DNA of 64,000 bases from the human T2T-CHM13v2.0 reference genome, Homo sapiens. Numbering within the stretch: the stretch's first letter is position 1; each line of letters opens with the position of its first letter. The position numbers and the translations under genes were made by a program. Location of the stretch: NCBI RefSeq assembly GCF_009914755.1, contig NC_060947.1; one strand, 5' to 3'. This document shows positions 13,860 through 26,923 of this stretch, piece after piece. The notes under the pieces were generated by a model. That model was given only the letters and a program-made list of their open reading frames with translations, was not told the DNA's origin and searched no databases.

Positions 13860-15330
13860 GTAATTCACTATGTTAACAGATTAGAAAATAAAAATCATAT
13901 GACCATCTTAATATGTGTTGTTGAAGAAAATAGTTGAAAAAATCCATTCCTCATTTACTACAAAAATCTATAATCAAAGAATAAAACAGCATAACGTTAA
14001 CTTGAAGAATAATATCTACAAAAATACTAGAACAAACACCATTGAAACAAACCAACAAAACCCATAAAAACCCAAACATTAAGGAAAAAAAACTGTGTTA
14101 AAAATTATTGAGTCAAAAAGAAAAAAAACCCCTGAAATTATAGAAAATTCAGAGAATAATAATAGAATTGCATATAAGATCCTAATAAAGCTATACCTAG
14201 AAGAAACATTATAGCATTAAACACTATTATTGATAAATGAACAATATTAAAAATACATTAATTAAACATTCAACTCAAGAAATTAGGGGGAAAGCAGTAT
14301 TGTAAACTCAAAGAGACCATATAGCACAGTGGATAGGAACACAGAGCTGACTTTGTATCCTAGTTGGTTCTACCATTCATTCCACTAACTGCATGGCCTT
14401 AGACAAGTCACTTAACCTCTCAGTGTTTCTTTCCCAATCTGTAAAATGAGGAGTGTCAACCTGTAAAATGGGGATACAAGTAATATCTACCTTCTAGAGT
14501 TGTTTTAAGGATTATATGTATTAATACAAGTATACTATTAAAAGCATTTGGCTTAGTTATTACTAATATCAGAGGAGCAGAAACAAGAAATTAATGAAGA
14601 TAAAAGCTAGTATTGATGAATCAGAAAACAGAAAAAACAGTGAAACTAATGACTAAATCCAAATGCTTTTCCTTTAGAAATAATTATAAAATAAATAAAC
14701 CAGCAGCTAATCTAATCAACAAGATTGGGAAAAAGTACAAACAATTAGAACTGGAAAAAGAGAAAATTATCACAGATTCAGAAAAATGCAAAATAATTAG
14801 ATATGATGATGACATTGCTCAACCTTGTGCAAATAAATTTAAAAATCTGGATAAAATACATAATTTTTAATGAAAATATAATAACCATAAATAGCCTCCA
14901 GATGAGATTTTTAAAAAACTAAATAAACCAACTGCCATTAAAAAAATCTAGTCTTATTGAAGAACTATGCCCTTTCTCCAAAATAAGCATCAGGTTCAAA
15001 TAGATTTACAAGGTAATTTCTCTTAAACTTTCAAGAAATAAATCATTCTGAAAGTATTCAAACTGTTCCTCATAATAGAAAGAGGAAGGTCCTAAACTCT
15101 TCTTATAAAACCAGCAATAACATTGACATCAAATCTTACAAAGACATCTTCGAAAAGAAAACTAAAATTTGATCTCACTTATGTATGTAGATGTAAGAAT
15201 CCTGAAGTAAATATTGGCAATTAGAATCTATATGTAAAGAATAATACACCAAGATGATTTGGGTTTCTTTCTAGGAATTCAATAATGTTTAATATTAGGA
15301 AACATTAATATAATTTATCACATTAATAGG
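13860..15330 (+). mobile_element. Degenerate old L1 ORF2 fragments, split by a MIR
   Basis: A-rich L1 ORF2-like sequence. ORF 14613-14870 (KINKPAANLI...YANKF-like) is an ORF2 relic. Confidence 0.7.
14320..14560 (+). mobile_element. MIR SINE
   Basis: gccttagacaagtcacttaacctctcag ... ctgtaaaatggggata core. Confidence 0.8.
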
Positions 15331-15804
15331 TATGGCAAATAGTGTATAATTTGGTCCTATTTTGTTGATCTCATTTGCACAGACATGTACAATTTCTAGA
15401 AAGATACAACATAAACAGTGAGACTGAGAAATCAGTGCCGGGTAAGGGAAGCAGGATATGCTAATTTTTACATTAAAAAGACATGTTTAACAATGTACTT
15501 CTGCCATTGTCAAGGTTTGCTCCTTTCTCTACTTCCATTGGAGACCTTAGGCTTTTTTACTTTTACTAGCTGTTTGTGAGAAAACACGAGCAATGTGACT
15601 TGAGCAACAGGTGAAAAATTACTGCAAAAATGTCACCCCAGTTCCTCCTGCAGTTTGTGCCTTAAAGTCCATTATTAGAGATTGATTTATTCATCTTATA
15701 TGCTCCTTAGCTCTGTCTTATAAAATGCAAATACTTTGGGGAAATATAATATGCTAAGCCAATTGACAAAATGATGTCAGTAATAATAGAGTGTTAAATG
15801 AGCA

Positions 15805-16000
15805 TTGGGAGTAGAGTTTAGTGGTTAAGGGATGGGAGTTCATAGTAAACAGATCTAAATCTTGTCTAACACTCACTAGCTGTTTGCCCTCTTTAAGCCA
15901 AATGAACATAAAAATTGTTAATCTGCCTACTTCATGAAATTGCTGACGTATTAATGAAACAATGCAAGTATCTAGAACAATGCTTCGCATGCATTAAGCT
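15805..16000 (+). mobile_element. MIR SINE
   Basis: agtggttaag ... cactcactagctgt ... cctacttcatgaaattgctg. Confidence 0.6.
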
Positions 16001-17259
16001 TTTAGTAGATATGTGATAGGTATAAACTATTATTAGAAATGAAAAAAATTAAGAAATATTCGTTGAACACACTGTGTGAAATAGACACGGTGCAGAATAC
16101 ACAGGCATATAGGATATGTTCTCTGTTTTCAAGGAGCTTATGATAACAGCAGATCTGTTTTTCTCCTAATTGTAAACTCAGAGCATAGAAAGACATGCTA
16201 AACACTGGCAGAGAGAAGAGCTACTAAAAGTGGGAGACAGCATGCAGAGAATAGAAATGGGGAGTCCAAAAAGACATTTCAGTCCTGCCTCATACATGAA
16301 GTTCAAACTTAACTCAGAAAAAGAGCCAGGTGTTAGAGAGGAATGAAAGTATATAGAGTTCTGATTTCTTTGTCCATTTTTTTTAAATGAAAGACAGCAA
16401 GGTGGGTTAGAGATAGCAAGACATGATTCCAGCTCACGACTTCCACAACATCAGTATGATTGCAATACAAATCTGTGACTTTTTTTCAGAGCTTACTTGT
16501 CATAGTCTTTATCTAAAGCTGTTAGCATTTAGAAGCAGATTATTCAGTTTCTTCCCTCTCAGTATGCAAAGTATTTCATATGGCAATTCCATCATCTCTA
16601 CTGTGAGAAAATATGGTGTTCCTAATAATTATCTTTTAAACTTACAGACTAATATAAATTATAAATGTCTAATTTACACTGTGCCATTTGATATGGATTT
16701 ATCTTTTCACTGATGATGAAGAACAAAGGTTTGCTTTAACAATATAGACAGGAACAGGTTTTTCTGCTTATAATTCTTTGCTCCCATTTAAGCCTTTTAA
16801 TATTTTTATGTCAAGGCATGTGGCACCATCAATACATCAGTTTTACAGAAAGGTAGAAGAATATCTATGACCCATTTTTAATGTACTTGCACATACTCTC
16901 AGCTAGACACTGATCCATGTACATAAGAAATGAGAATGATGGAGATGGAGTTATCTGTAATCGGAATACTAAATCCAATGCTAAGAAGAATTATTTTCAG
17001 ATGCTGAGATGGTGAGAATGGGGATGCTTCTGCTAGTATTAACTCAGTACTTGTAACAGTACTATGCCTAAACATAGAGCCCATCAGTGAGGCCAGTTTC
17101 AGGGACTAAGGGAAGACAAAGGCAGGGGAAAGTAGGAAGTTCCATAGTAAACGTTACCTCCTTTAGAAAGATTTCCCTCCTCCTCATAACCATATGTGAG
17201 CCCTATATCCTCTGAATCCCCATAAAATTGTGTTTATATAGCTAGATAGCAACTCTGAT

Positions 17260-17490
17260 TACAAATTATGTGCCATTCGCTGAACTATGCATCATATGCT
17301 TTATCTAAATTAAGCCTCTTAGCAATAAGATAAGTACCACTTCTATTCCCACTTTGCAGATGGAGAAATTGAGGCTTAGAGCAGATTAGTAACTAGCCTA
17401 CCCCCCTTCCACAAACTAAGAAATTACAAAGTGAGGGTTATGAATCCAAATCTGCCTATAGAGTTAGTACTTTTAACTCCTACAGCATAA
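17260..17490 (-). mobile_element. MIR SINE
   Basis: cccactttgcagatggagaaattgaggcttagag is an antisense MIR core. Confidence 0.7.
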
Positions 17491-18077
17491 GCTGCTTCCC
17501 AAAGTTAGTCTACTTGACCTTACACTACATTTATGTGTTTATTAGTTCCCTTCTTATAGGATTGTAAACACTTAAGGCAAGGATTACCATCAGACCTATT
17601 TATAATGTGAAGCTGGCTTGGAACTTTAAATATATTTAGGCCTGTATTAAAACATGGCATTTAGCGTAAATCCCTGAAAAGCAAGAATTATATCTCTTCA
17701 TAGATCCAGATGAATACATATTCTTTGAATGGTTGAGTGAATGAGAACATTGGATAGTCAGCTAGTCTCAGCAAGAAAGCAGAAGCACAATGCTATACTG
17801 GCCAGTCGTCATAGCATTATGGGAAACTGGAATCAAATCAGCTTTCCCTCACCATTTGTTTTTTATTTCAGCCTAAAAATAAAACCAAATTGATTGTATT
17901 ATGGAATTAATTTGTGCTAAAATAAGTCAGTACGATGAACAATGAAAAAAAACTTTAAAAAACAATTTATTTAGAGAGCAATGAGCTAAAATTGAGGTGA
18001 AGAATTTAGCTTATTTTAAATTTTTTACTAATGCACCAACCAATATATGTGTTGTCTCTTTTTAAAATATATACTTT

Positions 18078-20204
18078 ATTTTATTATTTTTAATTTCAAT
18101 AATTTTGGGGGTACAGATTTTTTTTGTTACATGGATAAGTTATTTAATGATTTCTGAGATTTTGGTGCACCCATCACCCAAATAGTGTACACTGTACCCA
18201 ATATGTAGTCTTTTATCCTTCTCCCCCTTCCTATTCTTCCTCCCAAGTCCTCAAAGTCCATTATATCATTCTTATGACCTTGCATCCTCATAGCTTAGCT
18301 CCTACTTATAAGTGAGAACATATGACATTTGGTTTTCTATTCTGGAGTTACTTCACTTAGAATAATGGCCTCTGACTCCATCCAAGTTGCTGCAAAGGCC
18401 ATTATTTCATTTCATTTTATGGCTGAGTAGTATTCCATGTTGTACATATACCATATTTTCTTTATCCACTTGTTGGCTGATGGACATTTAGGTTGGTTTC
18501 ATACTTTTGAAATTGTGAATTGTGCTTGTATAAAAGTGCGTGCATGTGTCTTTTTCATATAATGACTTATTTTCATATGGGTAGATGCCCAGTAGTGGGA
18601 TTGCTGGATCAAATGACAGTTCTACTTTTAGTTCTTTAAGGAATCTCCATACTGATTTCTATAGTGGATGTACTAATTTACATTACCAGAAGCAGTGTAA
18701 AAGTGTTTTTTCTAACTACATTCATGCCAACATCTATGATTTTTTGACTTTTTAGTTATGGTCATTGTTGTTGAAGTAAGGTGGCATCTCATTGTGGTTT
18801 TAATTTGCACTTCCCTGAAAATTAGTGATGTTGAGCATTTTTTCATGTGTTTGTTGGCTGTTTGTATATCTTCTTTTGAGAATTGTCTATTCATGTACTT
18901 TGCCCACTTTTTGATGGGATTATTTGTGTTTTTTTATTTTTCGTGTAGATTCTGGATATTAGTCATTGGTTAGATGTGTAGTTTGTGTATTTTTTTCTCC
19001 CACTCTGTGGGTTGTCTTTACTCTGCTTATTATTTCTTTTTCTGTGTGAAGATTTTTCATTTAATTAGGTTCCATTTATTTAGTTTTTGTTGCATCTGTT
19101 TTTAGTTTCTTGGTCATGAAATTTTGCCTAAGCCAATATCTGGAAGAGTTTTTCCAATGATATCTTCTAGAATTTTTATGGTTTCAGGTCTTAGATATAA
19201 GTCTTTGATCCATCTTGAGTTGATTTTTGCATAAGATGAGAGATGAGGATCCAGTTTCATTCTTCTACATGTGGCTTGCCAGTTTTCTCAGCACCATTTA
19301 TTGAATAGGGTGTTTTTCCCCACTTTATATTTCTGTACACTGTGTCAAAGATTAGTTGGCTGTAAGAATGTGGCTTTATTTCTGGGTCCTTTATTCTGTT
19401 CCATTGATCTACATACACATTTGTATACCACTACCATGTTTTTTTGGTAACTATAGCTTTGTAGTATAATTTGAAGTCAGGTAATGTGATGTTTCCAGAT
19501 TTGTTATTTTTGCTTAGTCTTGCTTTGGCTATGTGGGCTCTTTTTTGGTTCTATATGAATTTTAAGATTGCTTTTTCTAGTTCTGTGAAGAATGATGATG
19601 ATATTTTGATGGAAATTGCATTGAATCTGTATATTGCTTTGGGCAGTATGGTCATTTTCACAATAATGATTCTACTCATCCATGAGCATGGAATGTGTTT
19701 TCATTTGTTTGTGTCATCTATGATTTCTTTCACTAGTGTTTTGTAGTTTTCCTTATACAGATCTTTCACCTCTTTGGATACATATATTCCTAAGTATTTT
19801 ATTTTTTTGTAGCTGTTGTAAAAAGAATTGAGCTCTTGATTTGATTCTCAGCTTAGTTGTTGTTGATGTATAGTGGTGCTACTTATTTGTGTGCATTGAT
19901 TTTTTATCCTAAGACATTACTGAATTTATTTGTCAGGTCTAGGAGCTTTTTAGATGAGTCTTTAGGGTTTCCCAGGTATATGAACATATCATTGGTGAAC
20001 AGGGGCAGTTTGGCTTTCTCTTTTCCAATTTGGATGCCCTATATTTCTTTCTCTTGTCTGAGTGCTCTGGCTAGGACTTCCAGTACTATGTTGAATAGAA
20101 ATGGTGAACATGGGCATTCTAGTCTTGTTCCAGTTCTCAGCGGGAATATTTTCAACTTTTCTCCACTCATTATTATGTTGGCTGTGGGTTTGTCATAGAT
20201 GGCA
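18078..20204 (-). mobile_element. L1PB, 5'-truncated (~2.1 kb), inserted in the 3' tip of an L1MC
   Basis: L1PB 3' UTR (ttggtgcacccatcaccc ... ttgcatcctcatagcttagctcc) plus the 3' part of ORF2. It ends abruptly at gtcatagatggc. Confidence 0.9.
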
Positions 20205-23200
20205 TTTATTAGAGCAGTTTTAGGTAAACAGCAACTAGAGTGAAAAGTACAGATTTCCTATCTATCCCCTGCTCCCACATACACAGTGCCTCCCCACTAA
20301 CAAAATTCTCCAGCAGAATGGTACATTGTCACAATGAGCCTACATTGACACATCATTATCACCCAAAATCCATAGTTCACAGGGTTCGCTCTTGGTGTTG
20401 TACATTCCATGGGTTTTCATAAATGTATAATGACATGTGCCCACCATTATAGTATCATACAGAGTAGTTTCACTGCCCTAATAATCCTTTTTGCTCCACC
20501 TATTTATTACTCCCACTCCCATAACCTCTGGAAAATGCTAATCTTTTTACTGTCTTCATACTTTTGTCTTTTCCAAAATATCATATACTTGATATCAGAT
20601 AGTATGTAGCCTTTTCAGATTGGCTTCTTTCACTTAGTAATATGCATATACGGTTTATCTATGTCATTTCCTGGCTTGATAGCTTGTTTCTTTCTAGCAC
20701 TGAATAACGTTCCTTTGTCTGAATGTATCACAGTTTTTGTATCCATTTACCCACTGAAGGACGTCTTGGTTGCTTCCAGGTTTTGGTGATTATGTATAAA
20801 GCTGCTATAAAAACTTGTGTGTAGGCTTTTGTGTGGACATAAGTTTTCAACTCAGTTAAGCATGAAGGAACTCAATTGCTGAGTTATATGGTATGAGTAT
20901 GTTTAGTTTTGTTAGAAACTGCTAGACTGTCTTCCAAAATGGCTGTACCATTTTGTATTCCCCACCAACAATGAATGAGAGTTTCTATTGCTCCCCATCC
21001 TTACCAGCATTTGTCAGTGTTTGGGATTTTGGCCATTTTAATAGGACTGTAGTGGTATTTTATTGCTGTTTTAATTTGCAATTCCCTAATGGCATATGAT
21101 GTTGAACATCCTTTCATATGCTATTTGCTATCTGTATATTTTCTTTTGTGAGATGTATGTTAAGGTCTTTGACCCATTTTTAAAATTCAGGGTTTTTTTG
21201 TGCTCTTACTGCTGAATTTTAAGAGTCTTAGCATATTTTGAATAACAATCTTTTATCAGATATGATTTCCACAAATATTTTCTCCAAGTTTGTGTCTTGT
21301 CTTCTCATTATTTTGACATTGCTTTTTTGCTGAGAAGTTTTTCATTTTAATGAAGTCTAGTTTATCAATTATTTCTGTCACAGATCTTGCCTTTGGTGTT
21401 GCATCTAAAAAGTAGTCATTATACCAGTGGTTGCCTAAATTTTATTTTATGTTACCTTGTAGGAATTTTACAGTTTTGAATTTTGCATTTAGGTCTATGA
21501 TCCATTTTGAATTAATTCTTGTGAAGGGTATAAGTTCTGTGTCTAGATTCACTTTTTTCTTTGGCATGTGTATTTCCAATTGTTCCAGCATCATTTGTTG
21601 AAAAGATCATCTTTTCTCCATTTTACTGTCTTTGCTGCTTTGTCAAAGATCGGTTGACTATATTTATGTGGTTCTATTTCTGGGCTCTCTATTTCATTAG
21701 TTTAATTGTTTATTATTTTGCCAATACCACACTTTCTTGATCACTGTAGTTTATAGTAAGTCTTGAAGTTGGATGGTGTCAGTCTTCTACTTTGTTCTTT
21801 CCTTTCAATATTGTGTTGGCTATTCCAGATATTTTGACACTCCACGTAAACTTTAGAATTTGTTTGCTGATATCCACAAAATAACTTGCTGGAATTTTGA
21901 TTGGGATCAAATTGAATCAATATATCAAGTTGGGAAGAACTGACATCTTGATAATACTGAGTCTTCCTATCCATCAACGTGGAATATCCACATTTTTTAG
22001 TTCTTCTTGGACTTCTTTCATCAGAGATTTGTATTTTTCCCAATATAAATCTTGTACATATTTTGTTGGATTTATGCCTACGTATTTGAGTTTTTTGGGT
22101 GCTAAGGTAACTGGTATTGTGTTTTCAATTTTAAATTCCACTTGTTTTCTCCTGGTATATAGGAAAGTGATTTTTTTATATCTTAACCTTGGATCCTGCA
22201 ACTTGCTATAATTGCTTATTACTTCTAGGTGGATTATTGTCAATTTTGGGGGGTTTTCTACAAAGACAATCATGTCATCTGTGAAAAAAAATGGTTTGAT
22301 TTTATCATTCCCAATGTGTATAACTTTTATTCTCTGTCTCATCTCATTGCATTAGTACAGATTTTCAGTATAATGTTTAAAGGGAATGGTGAGAAGGGAC
22401 ATCCTTGCTTCTTTTCTGACCTTAGTGTTTCTAGTTACTCACCATTAAGCATAATTTTAGCTGTAGTATTTTTGGAGGTATTTATTATCAGGTTGAGGAA
22501 GTTCTCTTCTACTCCTAGTTTTCTGAGTGTTTTTTATCCCAAATGGGTGCTGGATTTTGTCAAATGCTTTCTCTGCATCTAATTATATGATCATGTAATT
22601 TTTCTTCCTTAGTTTGTTGATCTGATGGGTTGGTTATATTAATCACTTTTCAAATGTTGAAACTGCCTTGTATAACTTGGATAAATCCCACTTGGTCATG
22701 GAGTAATATTCTTTTTATAAATTGTTGGATTTGATTTGCTAATATTTTTCTGATGATTTTTGCATCCATGTTTATACAGACAATGGTCTGTAATTTTCTT
22801 TCCTTGTAATGACATTGTCTGGTTTTGGTATTTAGGTAATGCTGGCCTCATCAAATGAGTTAGCAGTATTTCCCTCTGCTTCTATCTCTGAAAGAGATGG
22901 TAGAGAATTGGTATGATTTAGTCCTTAAATATTTGGTAGAATTTCCCAGTGAACACAACTGGGCCTGGTGCTTTCTGTTTATGAAGATTATTATTCATTG
23001 GTTCAGTTTGTTTAATAGATATAGGCCCATTCAGATGGCCTATTTACTTTTGTATGAGTTATGAAAGATTGTGTCTTTCAAGGAATTGATCATTTAATCA
23101 AAGTTATCAAATTTGTGGCCATATAATTCTTCATAATGTTTCTTTATTAGCTTTTTAATGTTCATGGGATCTATAATAATGTCTCCTGTTCCATTTCTGA

Positions 23201-25230
23201 CATTAATAATTTGTATCTTCTCTCTTTTATTCTCAGCTCTCCAGCCTAGAGGATTAAGGACTTTATGATCTTTTCAAAGAACCAGCTTTTGGGTTTATTG
23301 ATTTTCTCTACTGATTTCCTGTTTTCAGTTTCATTCATTTCTGCTTTTATTTTTATTATTATTTTTCTTTTGCTTATTTTGAATTCAATTTGTTTTTTTT
23401 GTTTCATACATTATAAGCTTATATTATTGATTCTAGATTTCTTTTTTCTAACATATGCATTCATATATTAGAAATATATAAGTTTCTCTGTAAGCACTGA
23501 TTTCATTGTGTTCCACATATTTTGACGAGGTGTAGTTTCATTTTCATTTAGTTGAAAATATTTTTGAAATTTCTTCTTTGACTCATGTACTATTTAGAAG
23601 TCTGTTGTCTAATTTTCAAGTGTTCAAGGGATTTTTAGCTATCTTTTTGTTTTTGATTTCTAGTTAAATTCCATTGTGGTCTGAGTACAGGCGTTATATA
23701 ATTTCTATTCTTTTACATGTGTTGAGATATATTTTATGGGCCAGAATGTGTTGTATTTTGGTAAAGGTTCAAATGAACTTAAGAAGAATGTGTATTCTGC
23801 TGCTGTTGAATGAACAAGTCAATAGATGTGTTATATCCAGTTAACTGACAGTGTTATTGAGTTCAACTATGTCTTTACTGATTTTCTCCTTGCTGGATCT
23901 GTCCATTTTTGATAGAGGGGTGTTGCAATCTTCAACACTAGTATTGAATTCATCTATGTCTCTTATAGTTTTATTAGGTTTGCATCACATATTTTGACGC
24001 TCTGTTGTTAAGCACATATACATTAAGGATTGTTATATCTTATTAAGAATTGACCCCTTTATCGTGATGTAATGTTCCCCTTATCCTGGATAAAGTTCCT
24101 TGTTCTGAAGTCTGCTTTTTCTGAAATTAATATAATACTCCTGTTATTTGTAAAAATTGTGGATGGCATAGTATATCTTTCTATATCCCTTTACTTTTAA
24201 TCCATATGTTTTTTTATATTTAAAGGGGGTTTTTTGTAGACAATATAAAGTTGGGTCTTATATTTTAATACACTCTAACAATTTCTGTTTTTTAATTGGT
24301 GAATTTAGACCATTGAAATTTAATGTGATTATTAATATACTTGAATTAATATCTACTAGAATGATTACTGCTTTCTATGTATTATCCTTCATCTTTATTC
24401 CTGTTTTTCTTCTACTCTTTTCTGTCTTTTTTTATTTTAATTGAACATTTTATATAATTTCATTTTATTTTTTTTCTTAGCATATCAGTTATACTTCATT
24501 TTTCACTTTTGTAGTGGTTGTCCTATAATTAGCATAAAACACAATTAATCAAATTCCACTTTCAAATAACACCATTACACAGGAAGTAAAAGTACCTTAT
24601 AACAACCAAATAATCCTGATTCCTTTCTCCCGTCCTTCGTATTGTTGCTGTCATCCCTTTCACTTATGCATAAGCATATATATCCCTCTACCTATTTTTT
24701 ATATGCATATGTCATTAATACAACATTGCTATTATTATTTTTGAACAAACTATCTGTTGGATCAATTAAGAATAACAAAAATAAATGTTTTAATTTTACC
24801 TTTAGTTATTCCTTCTCTTTATGTAGATCCAAGTTTCTGACCAATATCATGTTCCTTCTCTCTGAAGAATTTCTTTTAACATTTGTTGCAAGCCTGTGTA
24901 CTGGCAACAAATTTCCTATCATTTGTCTGTATGAGAAAAGCTTTACTCACTTTCATAGGATAATTTAAGTCTACAGAAATCTAGGTTGGTGTTTTTTTCC
25001 CCTCAACAGTTTAAATATCTTACTCCATTTTCTTCTTGTTTAAATAATTTCTGAGGAGCAGTCAGATATAATCCTTATGTCTACTGCTCTATAAATAAGG
25101 TGTTTTATTCCTCTGATCTCTTTCAAAAATTTTTCTCTATCTTTAATTTCTGAAGTTTGAATATAATAGGCCTCGGTGTATTTCACTTGCTTGGTTTTCT
25201 CTGACCTTCTTGGATCTGTCATTTGGTGTC
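20205..25230 (-). mobile_element. L1MC1/L1MC2-like element, ~5 kb
   Basis: Antisense 3' end tagagcagttttagg...gaaaagtacagatttcc, followed by a long degenerate ORF2 (ORF 21974-22342 contains the FTDDMIV RT motif). Confidence 0.88.
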
Positions 25231-25614
25231 TGTATTAGTCCTTTCTCACATTGCTATAAACAACTACCTGAGACTTAGTAATATATGAAGAAAAGAGGTC
25301 TAATTAACTCACAATTCTGCAGGTTTAATGGGAAGCATGACTGGTAGGCCTCAGGACAGTTACAATCATGGTGGAAGGCAAAGGGGAAGCAAGCACCTTC
25401 TTCACATGGCAGCAGTAGAGAGAGCAAGCAAGGTGGGGAAGTGCTACACACTTTTAAACCATCAGATCTTGTGATAACTCACTCACTGTCATGAGAAAAA
25501 CATGGACAAATCCACCCCTGTAATCCAATCACCTCCCACAGGCTCCTCACTCCAGCATTGGGAATTACAATTCAACATTAGATTTGGGTGGGGACACACA
25601 GCCAACCCGTATTA
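25231..25614 (-). mobile_element. THE1D/MSTA-type MaLR LTR (3' LTR)
   Basis: Runs from tgtattagtc to gatttgggtggggacacacagccaacccgtatta, the reverse complement of the MaLR LTR. Confidence 0.9.
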
Positions 25615-26923
25615 TTCCCAAATCTCATGTCCTTCTCACATTTCAAAACACAATCATGCCTTCCCAGCAGTCCCCCAAAGTCTTAGCTCAATTTCAGCAT
25701 TAACCCAAAAGTCCAAGTCCAAATCTCATCTGACACAAGGCAAGCCCGTTCTGCCTATGAGCCTGTAAAATAAAAAAACAAATTAGTTATTTCCAAGATA
25801 CAGTGGGGACACAGGAATTGGGTAAATGCTCCCATTCCAAAAGAGAGAAGTTGGCCAAAACAAAGGGTCTACAGGCCCCATGCAAGTCTGAATCCCAGAA
25901 GGTCAGTCATTAAATCTTAAAGCTCCAAAATGATCTCCTTTAACTCCATGGCTCACATTGAGGCCACAGAGACACAGAGGGTGGGAACCCAAGGCCTTAG
26001 GAAGCTCTGTCCCTGTGGTTCTGCAGGGTACAGCCCCTGCAGCTGCTTTCATGAGCTGGCATTGAGTGCATGTGGGTTTTCCAGATGCATAAGCTGTCAG
26101 TGGTTCTACATTCTGAGATCTGGAGGACAGTGGCCCTCTTCTCACAGTTCCACTAGGCTGTGCCTCAGTGGGGACTCTGTGTGGGGGCTCCAACCCCCAT
26201 TTCTCCTTTGCATTGCCCTAGTAGAGGTTCTCTCTGAGAGCTCTGTTCCTGCAGCAGCCTTCTGCCTGGACATCCAGGCATTTTCGTACATCCTGTGAAA
26301 CTTAGGCAGAGGTTCCCGAACCCCAACTTTTGCCTTCTGTGCACCCGCAGGCCCAACACTACGTGGAAGCTGCCAATGCTTGGGGCTTGAACCATCTGAA
26401 GCAATGGCTTGAGCTGCACTTTGGCCCCTTTTAGCCACAGCTGGAGGTAGAGCTGCTGGGACCCAGGGCACCATGTCCCAATGCTGCACAGAGCAGCTGG
26501 GCACTGGGGCTGGCCCATGAAACCATTTTTCCATCCTAGGCCTCTGGGCTTGTGATGGGAGGGGCTGCTGTGAAGGTCTATGAAATGCCTTGAAGACATT
26601 TTCCTCATTGTCTTGGCTATTAACATTTGGCTCCTCTTTACTTATACATATTTCTACAGCCTTGAATTCCTCCCTAGAAAAAAAGTTTTTCTTTTCTACC
26701 ACATGGTCAGGCTGTAAATTTTCCAAACTTTTATGTTCTGCTTCCCTTTTAAACATAAGTTATCTTTGTTTGTGCAAATGAGCATAGGCTTGTAGAAGCC
26801 AAGCCACATCTTGAATGCTTTACTGTTTAGAAATTTCTTCCACCAGATACCCTAAATTATCTCCCTCAAGTTCAAAGTTCCACACGTCTCTAGGGCAGGG
26901 GCAAAATGCTACCAGTCTCTTTT
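25615..26923 (-). mobile_element. THE1/MST internal region, 5'-deleted
   Basis: Typical MaLR-internal sequence. The 204-aa ORF at 26142-26756 (FKREAEHKSLENLQPDHVVEKK) is the MaLR internal ORF remnant. Confidence 0.9.

Noticed and set aside
26142-26756. 204-aa ORF (and the 199-aa ORF at 31444-32043) as novel genes
   Set aside because: Both lie wholly inside THE1/MST internal sequence, with broken flanking frames. They are decayed retroelement sequence.
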